DNA of 58,849 nucleotides, counting the filler, from Ionaspis alba (lineage: Eukaryota), in the NCBI GenBank assembly GCA_964255285.1. It is 3 parts of 3 records of this genome, joined end to end, with 100 filler letters (N's around TTAATTAATTAA, not from the genome) between each part and the next. Parts side by side here need not be neighbours in the genome. Positions count along the whole stretch, not along the records: positions 19,665 to 39,213 come from CAXUUL010000265.1; positions 39,314 to 58,849 come from CAXUUL010000266.1; 1 more part is not named here. One strand, given 5' to 3'. Every line of letters starts with the position of its first letter. Position 1 is the stretch's first letter. Made by a program: the position numbers and the translations under genes. Of the stretch, positions 36,912 to 48,200 are shown piece after piece. Under the pieces are notes generated by a model. It saw only the letters and a program-made list of their open reading frames with translations, was not told the origin of the DNA and searched no databases.

Positions 36912-37956
36912 TGCACAACTCCTTGTGCTGTTGCACTGCTTTGCACTTGCTTTGCACTACTGCACATAATTTCATGGTCATCCATGAATATCCCACGGAC
37001 AGTCGTGTTCCCGAATAAATGATCATCGCCATGATCAGCGTAATCATCAAACATACATAGTCGACCGTTGAACTTGTTCATCATCTGCTGTTGTGCGACA
37101 CCCGCTCTGTACCCTCGCGGGCATGTTTGCGCAAATCCACCCAACTACCATTACCCCGCACCAGCTGAACGATGTCGTTGAAGAAGTTGAAGGGGGTGAA
37201 AATGTATGAGAGCCGACGGAGTCGGATAGTGGGGCCCAGCCAGATGTTGCGCGAGCCTCGCCGTGCGACCACAAAACCTTCTGAACATTGGCATCAGCTT
37301 AACTTGCCTCCACAACTGCCCTCCACATGCCACAGTCCACGTTGCCCGACGGTCTGGGTGCTGGTCCAGAGGGTCGCAAGGGAATGGTGGGCACTAAGTC
37401 GTCGTCTCTCGTGGGCGGGTGTGGTGCTATCCATCCCATTGGTACCGGCTGCGAGGCTAAAGGTTTTCTCGGAGAATTAGGACAGGCGGAGCCCGTACAG
37501 CCTCGAATGTCTGTATGACTTCGATGAATAATGGTGAGTTCATTCCATTATGCACCATCGATAGTGTCAAGCAGATGGATGTGGTCCATGAGGCTCTCGA
37601 TTACCCAAGAGAAAGGTTATCTGATAAGATCTTTTTTCACTTCTGCACGTGCATCCTGACAAAAGCAGGAGCCAAGACTCCGGTGGTAGGTACAGCTTCC
37701 TTATTACCGCCGCCATGAATTATCACAGTGTTTTGGCTGTTCGATGAATCCAAGTCTACTACCTGCTTCAGAGGCCGCTGTGTATAAGGTTCTTGAGAGA
37801 AAAAAATCTGTCAAATGCTCGAGTATAGATATGTTGAGGATGAATGAAATTCATTTACTCTCACCGAAACCCCTTGCTTCTATGAGAATGCACTCATGAC
37901 TATGAACTTCCTCAATGTCGTCCTGATGTCGCTCCACTGTGCTTCCTGTTGCCAGC

Positions 37957-39213
37957 ATGGTCATGGAACCATTTCCTCCGCTGAAGCCTGGCCCCAGCCA
38001 TTTCAATTTTGGCAGTAAGCCTGTTCTACGGATAGTAGCGACATGCCTCACAGCTCTGTTACTACTTCTCGCCACTCTAGGCTTTCTCGTTCCCCGTCCC
38101 ATCTCGTACGCGCCCCAACCACATGCTTACGCGGACCGCGTCGACTACCCTCGGCCACAGCCAGTGATCACCAAGTCGGAGAAAGTAATACCAGATACCC
38201 ATTACAATCCACTCGAGAACATCGCGAGCTCGAATAGCTATAGCGATGATCATGAAACTGGGCCACGTATTGGGAAGGTCACTGTTCTCTTCCACAGCAA
38301 AGACGAGACCACCACCCGTGCCATCAAGTCTCACGAACCCCATAATCGACGTTTCGGCTACCCCCAACTTATCCTTCGCCACGATCTTTTGGGTGGAGGC
38401 ACTCTCGATGGCGATTGGAACAAACCGACATACCTCCTTGCCGCCCTATTGGAAGAGTTGAGGAAACCGGTATCCGAGCGTCTGCAATGGCTCTTGTAAG
38501 CTCCTAGCTCAAATCCTATCCTCCTGAATTCGTACATACTCACCAATCCTCCCAATCCACCAGTTGGCACGATGCGACCACCATCCTCCTAAACCCCGAG
38601 ATCCCGCTGAATCTTTTCCTCCCGCCCGACACAACCCACTCCCACACACATCTCCTCCTCCCGTCCCTCTCCGCAAACACAACCAATCCTACCTACCCCC
38701 CAACCTTCCTCCTCCGCATCCACCCGTGGTCCCTCAACCTCCTCACAGCGCTCCTCTCTTCTCCAACCTACGTACCCTCAAACAGCACTACCCTCCTAGC
38801 CGAAGCCCTCTCCACCCTCTTAGCCCAACCCCAATTCTCTACTAACCACATCCTCGTCCCTACTCGATGGTTCGCCTCCTTCCCACCCGCCTCTCCACCA
38901 GCATCCAGATCCCCTGCATCCGCAAATGCAAAAGACTCCTCCACATTCCAACCCGGGGACCTCCTCCTCCAGTTCAGCACCCTCCCTACCGTACTCAAAC
39001 CCGTAATGCGCACCTATCTCTCGCATGCCGAATCTGCGCAATCGAACGAGTACACACCCGAGCATCAGCTGACGATCTTGAAAGCTGAGATCAAAGCGTT
39101 TTGGGTCGTGGAGGTGGAGCGGATGAAGAAGGAGAGGGAGGAGGCGGGGGAGATGGTTAAGGAGGCAGAAAGAGGTTTGGAGGCTTGGCGTGGGAAGACA
39201 AGCGATGCGGAGA
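37957..39213 (+). CDS. GT34 (MNN10/GMA12-like) glycosyltransferase-family type II membrane protein with degenerate motifs, 3'-truncated
   Basis: N-terminal TM helix; RIGKVT, RAIKSHEPHNRRFGY, WNKPTYLL...EELRKPVSERLQWLF/WHDATTILLNPEIPL, LRIHPWS, VPTRWF, PGDLLLQF. Intron 38496-38563. Confidence 0.85.
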
Positions 39214-39313
39214 NNNNNNNNNNNNNNNNNNNNNNNNNNNNNNNNNNNNNNNNNNNNTTAATTAATTAANNNNNNNNNNNNNNNNNNNNNNNNNNNNNNN
39301 NNNNNNNNNNNNN
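39214..39313. other. Artificial contig-joining linker N44-TTAATTAATTAA-N44
   Basis: Identical in structure to 19565-19664; genes are truncated on both sides. Confidence 0.97.
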
Positions 39314-40324
39314 CCTTCCAAAAGATCCGTATACATGACCGACATGCTCAACGTCTTCAGGACATCGATAGTAGTCGTCAAGCCAAAATTAGTGGGTAAC
39401 CCCGAGTTGATGGCATAATCCTGGCCATGGCTGGGCGCGGGCTTGGTGGCGGTGTCGATGTTGTTGAGTTCAATGTTGATAGGCTTTGAATGTATTAGTG
39501 GACAATACACAGAACGGGGTAGAGGAAGCACATACCGAGGACACTGAAGTGCTAATCGTCACAGTAACGGTGCTTGTCACGATTGCCGTCTCAAGCACAG
39601 GCCACCACGTTTCATAATGCGTTGAGCAGTCTCCTGTCGAATGGCAAACATCAGCTTCAATGGTTCCGCTCGGCAGGCCGGCTGTCGCGCTCGACCAGGG
39701 AACGACGTAATTCGTTGTCATGAGCTCAGGGGTACCATCGTCTCGAGTGGTAAGGTCATGGTTTCTACTGAAAGTGATCTTCTCATTGCAGTCCGTGATG
39801 GTTGTAGGAAAGTCGAAAGCTGGAGTCAGGGTTGTATGGCAGATCGAGGTGGCGATGGTGCTGTAAGATGTTGAGCAACTGCTGGCTGCTGTTACAGGAG
39901 ACGGGATAGAGCCGTTGTAAAGAGGATAGTAGGGTGCTGCAGAAGGGTCGGCTTGACGTCTTCTGGCCATTAGGCCAGTGGGAGAGGCACTAGTTGCTGC
40001 TGAAGCGTTCGAGACTATGGGAGGCATTTCATGAAGGGCTGCTGGGCAGACGGTGTACAGTGGGAGATAACTGGTCACAACTTGGCCCTGCGATGTGACA
40101 GGTATTGGAGCCGCCGAGGAATAGGGAGTGATGAAAGTATAGGCTGTGATGGTGGTCGTTGGTAGGTAATCTGAGGTTAGATGGGTCGTCATGGTAGAGG
40201 CTTCGACGCTCATATTGCTTCGTGCTCGCGCGTCACGTCCATTGTGCAACTGAAGCCCTTGAGGGATTGCATGGCAGGGGCAGAGGGCGCTGAGGAGCAC
40301 GAGTAGCGCAGGTGAAGCATACAT
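39314..40324 (-). CDS. Secreted Ser/Thr-rich, Cys-containing (cell-wall-like) protein, 3'-truncated
   Basis: Signal-peptide-like MYASPALLVLLSALCPCHA; PIPVTSQGQVVTSYLPLYTVC and TSICHTTL...TITDCNEKITFS; intron about 39534-39485, then open to the scaffold end. Confidence 0.8.
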
Positions 40325-40659
40325 TATGCCCGAGAACGACAACTCGTAGCGCTAGCTTGCGGGCAAAGAAGGCATTGGCGGAGGCATTGGAAGACAGAAG
40401 AGAGGAGCCGAGGCTCGAGAAGCGCGCTCACATTCATGTTGAGGGCAGGGGAAGTATTTGCAGAATAGTAAAGAATGTGGAAATTTTGAGATGTAAACAT
40501 CGTGGTCCGATCATACCGCTTGCGGTTAAAGCAGGAATGCATCAATAAAAAGGAGGGAATTTCGAGGCACGAAATCCTTGCTTTTAGTTTCAACAAATGC
40601 AAATGTTCTTTCTCTAGCGCAAGTTCAAGATCTTGATGATACGTCTCCAAACAGCTCCA

Positions 40660-41405
40660 TTATCCCAAGTACCGGTCGCTCTGCAAAAATGTCTTGATAT
40701 TCGGCCTTGCCTCCATAGCATCGACCAGTTTTATCAGTCTGGGGAATTCCTGCATCTTCTTCCTGCCATCCTTGGTCAAGCCTTCGTCGTGGCAGATTTG
40801 GTAGAGCACGAAATCAGCATAGGTTACAGTTTTCCCAATGACGAAAGGACCCTGCTGGGACAATTCGTTTGCCGCTAAATTCGCCTCGATTGCTTCCAAG
40901 TAGTGCCTCTGAGTCGTCTTCTCGTGCTCGGCATAGTTGGGACCATTGTATGCGGTGACAAAGAGTGTACGCCCTGAGCTATTGTTAGTATCCTGGTATC
41001 CGCATGGTGCGATGGAACAATAACGGGCGGAGTCATACAGTCAATTACGATGTCGCAAATTACATCGGCCCAATACTTCTCATCTTCAGTCTCTCCATCG
41101 TATTTGCCTAACAGCCTTGACATCTTCCTGAGGATTGCATAGCTCTGCGTGAGGATCTTGCCATTGAGCTCCACTATTGGAATATTTCCAGTAGGATTCT
41201 TGGTTTGAATAGCGCTCTTCTTGGCTTCTGGGAACTCTTCGAACGTGTATCGGACATCATGGTAGGCAATGCCCGCATCCTCCCATAGCAGCCGCACAGC
41301 CTGTCCACGACCACGGGAGTACCAGTCGAAATAGTGTATGGTTGGAACACCACCAATAGACTTATTACCAGCGCTAGGAGTACCGAAGGAGGTCTGGGTA
41401 GGCAT
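40660..41405 (-). CDS. Glutathione S-transferase, 2 exons
   Basis: IHYFDWYSRGRGQAVRLL, NPTGNIP, LTQSYAILR; intron near 41038-40977; C-terminal domain GPFVIGKTVTYADFVLYQ...RPNIKTFL. Confidence 0.93.
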
Positions 41406-42098
41406 CGTATTAGGCTTGAAATCGACGATTTCTGAATTGTAGGTAGTGGTAGAGCAGAAACGTTGTTTGAGACCACAGCATTAATAGGGGAGAATCGGGC
41501 AGCCCATCTTCAGCCATTAAATAATGGTTTCGTCATATTTAATGGCCAGCAGCAGGCGAGAAACCTTATGACCAGGGCTGCACGATCGGGTCAGCGAGGT
41601 CCGTAATTCCTGGATGGAGTTCAGACATAAGGACGAGAGTGGCTCCTTTTCACGGACACATAACGCAGTGGCCCAGAAATGGCTCGGAGCACCGGGACTA
41701 GATGTGGAGGTGAACAGAAAGTTTCGCTACCGGAGTACGAGTCAAGGGTTTGCTTCCAAATCCTTGCAGGGACGTCCGGTTTTCGGAGCCTTGGCATCAA
41801 AGAATACTAACGACGATGATACTCATGCTCTATGTTCAAAATAGCATGATGGGATTGTTATACACATGGCTTACGCAGCTGTGTGCTCGGGACTCATGGT
41901 GGATGGAAATGAACAAGACGAGCAGTTGATTCTCGGATCCGTTGTTGATGCAGCAATTTCCCATACAAGGATTATTCCATGCCCTCTTACTCCGCATCTA
42001 TGCTTTCACAATTGCATGAAGTGCTCGAACAGACACCAAATAGCAAGCCCAACGCACATACACATAATGGCTCTGTTTGCCATGTTCCTCATGTGTGA

Positions 42099-45069
42099 TC
42101 AATCACCATCCCAATTTCCATACCCAGGCTGCCACTCCTGCCCAGGATAACTCGAGCTCGACATCACGATTTTCTCTTCTTCCTCTTCCTCTTCGTCCTT
42201 CTTTTGTATTACAGCTCCACTCCTTTGAGCTGGGGCAGGAGCAGGAGCAGAACTGCTCGTCCTCTCAATCTCCAGTTGTCTGGCTTTCCGCACCTCCGCA
42301 GGTGTCATCGGATGCGCAGACTGTGGATTTTTCTGAGATGCAGGTATACTCGTCTGAAGAGGTGGTAGACTCTGGCGACTGTGTTTCTGTACCTGATGTG
42401 GGGGCAATGGCGGAGATATCGGTGATCTTGTATCTTGGAATGAAGATCGTACACCGGGAAATGGTTGGCTCTTCGGAGAAGGGAGATAACGTTCGTCTTT
42501 TGGAGGTGGTGGCGGGGGAGGGGAATCGGCCCTGGTCATCGGTAGGTTAGGTAGCTCGTAGTGTCCGAGACGATTGGAGTGAGATGTAGTTGAGCGAGGT
42601 ACGTTTGGACTAGTAGGATTAAAAGCTGGGTTTCCAGAATGATTGCTCGGCACCTGCCGGATTGTATTCTTGTCCATACCATTGTGAGGAGACTGCGGGC
42701 TGCTAGAATTGGCAAAGTAGCCGCTAGGATTAACTTGTTGTGCTTGTGCTTGCTTGTTCATTTCCTGGATGTATGACTTTGGCCTGGCATATGCCGGAAC
42801 CCCTTGAGATGGTGTGGCAGATGGCGATCGTTGTCCGTTAATGAAGTTGGCTGAGAAGGTTCCACTTTTCCTATCTGGACTATAGTAACCTTCAAGAGGC
42901 TCAGATGCGTATTCGGATTGGACTGGAGGCTGTTTGTGGACATGACGGTCGGGGTTATAGGCCGTTTGGAATGCTGGTGGGGATACCCGCTCATAATCTC
43001 GACTTTTATCTGCACGTGGCCGTTGGCTGGATGGCAAGCGGTGATGCATAGGAGGAGTTTGATACGCTGATTGCGACGTTGGTGTTGGCGTTCGCTGCAG
43101 GGTTTTTTCCGACCTCCCGAACATGGCCTGAAAATTATTAGCTTATCCGTTACAACAATTCGTAAGAAATGCTTACACCGAGGCTAGAAAAGCGTTTCTT
43201 CTTCTTGCCTGTTTCTGAAGTTGAAGCATTACTAGGAGATGAGTGATGCCCACCACTGAAAGATTGTGCGATCTTGTGGCGACTAGATCCCGTCTTATCC
43301 ATTTGACTTGGCCGCACGTTAGAAGGCTCCTGTGGTTCAGTTCGTGATCGATTTGGCCGAGACGTGGAATTTTCCCTGCTTCGACTACTGTCACTCCCCG
43401 TATGACTCGTCAAGCTACGGAATAGGCTCGCTCGCTTGCCTCTCTTTTCAACGTGGATCTGAGATGTAGGTGGTGAGTTACTGCTCCGAGGGTCATGAGC
43501 AAACGAATCTCGAGCACCGTCTTCTTTAGACGAGCTGCTAAAACCATTGAAAAAAGTTGAACTCCGAGAGCCTTGACGAGACCTGGCAGAATTGCTCAAC
43601 TGCTCGACTGAAGGAGGCCCGACGCCTGGGAGCTGATATTCAGTACCTCGCTGACGTGGCAGTCGAACTTCATCCCGCCGAACATGTGGTTCATAGCGGT
43701 TAGGAGAAGGTTGTGATATCTCCGTTGAAGTGCGATCCTGTCGGAAGGCGGGATGTTGATGAACATTGGGATCTTGGAACGGTCTCGAAAAGGATCTAGG
43801 TCTTGACCTGCTACTCGACGATTCGCTATGTGAGGCGGTGAAGTCGTGACTAGTATCGTAGTAAATAGGAGCAACCTGACCACGTCCGTTCGAGTAGCCG
43901 TATTGAGGTTCTCCTGGCACTCCAGGAGGATTTCCTGTCGCGTGTCCTGGATAGATGCCCTTGCCAAGGCTAGGGAGTGACAAATCCTCGGGAATTTGCC
44001 CAAATTGAATGAAAGAGAATGGCCGCGGTTGCGTTTCTTCAATTTGCTGATTTATGCCCACGACAGTTTGTTGAAGTGATTTATCATTTTCGTTCTGGTA
44101 TGGTAGACTCCGGTATGGTTTGGGAGATTCGAATGCGGATGGTTCGACCGGCCGCGTATCATTGAAATCGTTCACAGGGACCTCCTTCAGATGTCCATGC
44201 TCCCCACTTTCGGCTGTGTGGTACGTTCCTTCTGAGTCCTCGGAAACTCTATGGCGCTCATTCTCGGAATCCGCGATGGGATCATCCCGTACCGCCGTGC
44301 TAGGCCCTCCGATCTGCGTAGGATCGTGGGAGTCCGTGGGAGCATAAGAATGAGCGGATTCGAGAGGTTCTGATCGTGTTCCTGCTGTGGTCGACATCAC
44401 AGTCTCGCTCGATGCATCCCATTCTGGAAGCGAAGACGATGATACATTCTGTCCACCGGTGTCGCCGTGCCTCTTGGGCACACCGGCAATGTGGTGTAGT
44501 GGCACACTTGGCGAGCGCGGTATGTCGACATCCAAAACTGGGAAGTCTGCTTGAGTTGGTGTCCGGTTACTACTCCCGCCTGATCTCGGCGTAGGTAGAG
44601 CATCAGGTGAGCTTATCTGAGATTCGGCATTCCCCTTATCTTTGAGAAATATTGGAGCACTGTCTCCCATTGTTGCAGGATTTGGTTCAACGGAAGGGAC
44701 TTCTTGTTCGCGTACATCATCCCAAGAGTTATTATCAGAGACCAATGGTCGTTGCGACAAGTCCGTACCAGGCGAGAGACCGGAGGGAGCGTTCGGTGTC
44801 CCATATTGCCCCGAGTGACGACCTTGAGAACTGTTGTAATCAGGCCCACCTGTCGATAAACGAGATGAGAAAGCATCGTCATCCTGAGGAGAGACCGGAA
44901 AGATGGATGATATGGGTCTGCTGTTATCGGGTCGAGTGCTAGGATGAGCGTTGGATTCTAGCGCCGTGTAGGTATTGCTATCATGATTGGCTGGAACTGT
45001 TGTTGTTCTGGGTTGCATTCCTCGTGTGTCAAGTTCGGAACTCGACGAGGGCGAATCCCTAAGGGCAGC
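42099..45069 (-). CDS. Low-complexity Ser/Pro/Gln-rich coding exons (45069-43177 and 43127-42099); a separate gene or the 3' exons of the upstream gene
   Basis: Two long ORFs joined in frame by a GTAAGC...TTTTCAG intron (KKRFSSLG/AMFGRS). Motifs PRPFSF, HQHPAFR, TEYQLPGVGPP, PPPPPPKD and terminal IVMSSSSYPGQEWQP. Confidence 0.8.
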
Positions 45070-45292
45070 CTGCGGACACAAGTATCAACTACTGCATCTT
45101 TCACTATGCTTAGCCTTCTCCATGTGGGATTATAGTGCTTGAAAATGTCTGACATTATCTCATTCTGGAAGAGGTACAAGTACATCGACTAAAAGGCTTC
45201 GAATATTCACTGAAGACTTCGCCCATATCATCAAGCTACATATAACGAGTGCATCATACTGAAAATAGGACCTCAACAGAAATGGGAAGGGA

Positions 45293-48200
45293 TCAAATAT
45301 CTACCTTTTCACCGCCGCCACTTCCCCTGAATTTGCTTTTCCCTTTCGAAAACAATCCCTTCGCTGCAACGTTCGCTTTTCCTCCGAACACACCAGCACT
45401 ATGAAGGAGATCCTTCCCTTTCGCCTGCATTTGCTGACTGGACATTTTGTTCCCAGCCCCTGGAGAAGGCGAAAAGCCCGATGAACTACCTTGTGCTGAT
45501 GATGCCGGATGAGGCTGCACGGGTTGAGAGCTTGCATTGAGGTACTGTTGGTAGTACGGTTGTTGTGCATTCTGACCGCTAGCACTCCGTAGACCTCCGA
45601 ACTTAGTGCGTGATGGTGACGGCTTGTGTCCAGGATTTACTGGGAAATTACCTCCATTCTTCAGAAGCTCTCCGTGCTCGGGTAAGTCGTTGATAGTAGT
45701 CAGGGTCCAGTGTTCCAGACCGGTGTTCATACTCGCAAACTGTTCTCGTGTGGCATTATATGCCTGGATCCTTTCCATTGGACTTCTCAAAGCAAGAATC
45801 TCACGAAATGTGGGTAGATTGTTTTGTGCGCTAGGTAGCGGGGGCAGTGGCATCGATTCCTGCGGAGGTGCTTGCGATGCGTTTTCATGCACCTGAGTGC
45901 TCGAAGGTTGTTGTTCATCAAGGCTTGGTGAACCCAGTTGAGACAGCCGCTTCTCTGTTGGCTCGTTCGGCAAGTTCTTCGTCGAGTCAGGCACACTAGA
46001 GAGCTTTTGATCTGGTACTGAATAGCTAGAAGTTTTTGGATTGCCTTGCTCTTGTGGAATGGCTGAATCTGGGTGACTGATGGCTTCTTGAGGACCGGGG
46101 ACGTCTGAAGGAGGACTGATGATCTCTTCAGGCTCTGGCTCCCAAGAAAACCTGTGTTTCAAGACATCTGGACGAACCTGCAACGTGTTCGAAGAGGCAA
46201 TCGACTGAGAAGGGTCATGAGTAACCGGCATAGACTGCTGATTAGGTCCAGGAAGCTGGGAAGATACCAACGTGACTGGGGTCCTTTCATCTGGAAGGAC
46301 TGCCACAGTGGAAGCCACCATAGGTGCTTGTTGATGGCTAGTGGGGCGACTGACATCGTCCCCACTACTAGAACCATTCCAATAGCTATCATATTCCCGC
46401 GGAAGAACCATACTGTCGTGACTTTGACCTCGCGATCCTGAGTAGACCGACAGCATCGTGTCGTCAGCTGTTGGTGCTTGTGATGCCAGCGCTCCATCAC
46501 TAGTACTTCTATCTGCATGGGGACTTAGTTCCCTCACGATTTCTTTGCGGAGCCGGTCACTCTCATAGTCATGAGGACTGGTTTCAGTGCTGAGAGCAGG
46601 AAGAATGTGAGGACGACTAGGGGTTTCGATATTGGTCGCTTCGACATTGCGGGGTTTCTGCTTGAGAGGAATGAAAGGGGGAAAATAAGCAGAAGCACCT
46701 GACGTGTTAGCATTACCAGGCGAATCTTTGGCAACAGGTGTTGGCACTATGCTTGAATCACCATCGTCTGTAGCAGGTATCCATGGCTTTGAGGCGTCTG
46801 GATGGTAGTCCGTACTTCCCATAGAAGCGCTATGACCCTGTGGAGCATTGAAGTCTTCCGACTGCTTTTCTGAAGACTTTGCGGCTTTGTCGGCACTGTC
46901 CTCCTTATATTCCATTCCAACGGCGCTTACTATAGCTCCTGCGAGTGCCGAGCCAGCAGCTGCAACGGCAGAGAAGGGATCATTCGATTCTTCCTTTTGA
47001 GATGGATTGGATAGGGAATGCTTCACGGTTGTGGGACTGAGGTCAATGGCCTCATTTGCAGATGTTGGAGATGCGGTGCCTCGTTGGGAGCCATTTCCTT
47101 CCTTGTCGTTAGCCACTGAAAACAGATTCTGCTGTAGGGTATCCGGGCCAGTGTCGGAGGCTATGTCAGCAGTCTGACCATGCAAGCGACTGATTTCTGA
47201 GAGCCCAGGCTGCGTAGGAGCTGTGGAGGCATAAGAGTCCCAACCACCAGGCAATTGGGGTCTAAAGCTCTCGTAACGAGCAGTGGGCGGTTTAGCATAC
47301 TTACTATCATCTTTAACTGGTGATTTGGTGCTGAAATTACCATCTTTCAAAGATGACTGCGAGCCCGGTCTGCTGACAGTTGGGCTCTCGAACTTCCCTG
47401 CGAGATCACGAACGCGGTTCTTACTCGGAGAATCTGCACGACGCAATGGTGATTCAGCATCCACTGTAACAGACGAACTGTCACCACCTCTCGTGGGAGA
47501 TTCCAAGCGTGTATTTTTAGTAGGTGTGACATTTTCCGAGACTTGCTGCTCTCCTTGTGTTTTCGAAGGATGTGAGTTGCTAGCAGAGCTGCTACTGTGT
47601 GTCATACTCGTTGGAGTTGTCATAGCAAGCTCAACCTCTTGTGGCTGACGAAGCTGGCTATTAACTTCTAGTGCTGGTGTACGTGCCGGACTATTATCTG
47701 GGCTCGGTGTGCTTATTTTACGTCGATGACCTGGAAGAAACGATGCCGGCATGGAGCCTGAAGACGCCGGTCGCGAATCTCGCGACGGCGAAGATTTTCG
47801 TGGCACTGCAATTGGGGTTTGAGCATTTTCTTGTGATATCGGCCTTATGTTACTGGCGGTGGGTTCTTCAGCAATAACTGAAATGTTCATGCCTCGAGCC
47901 TCGGCATCCCTGGCCTTGTTTTCAGGATTGGCAGCACTGGGTGCTCTGCTGATGATGGGACTGATGTCATTCGTAGATTCACTGTTGCTACGCGCAACAG
48001 CAGATCCCGCAGTTGAAGACGGCGTTGGAGGCACTTGATCTTCAAATGCTTTGTTTACCACGGATCGGAACCCCAGAGACGGCTGATGCTGGAGTGAAGC
48101 ATCCTGATCGTTCTGCGACGGTAGATGCGCTGACACTTGTGTAGATGGCTCTCGGACTTCCTTTGTAGCAGGCGGCTGCGACCTGCTGGTACTATCGCCC

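Noticed and set aside
35600..37900. Many short ORFs in this interval (also 2200-5300 and 16100-17500)
   Set aside because: Mostly GTG/TTG starts, no recognisable motifs and no consistent splice structure; treated as intergenic or UTR.
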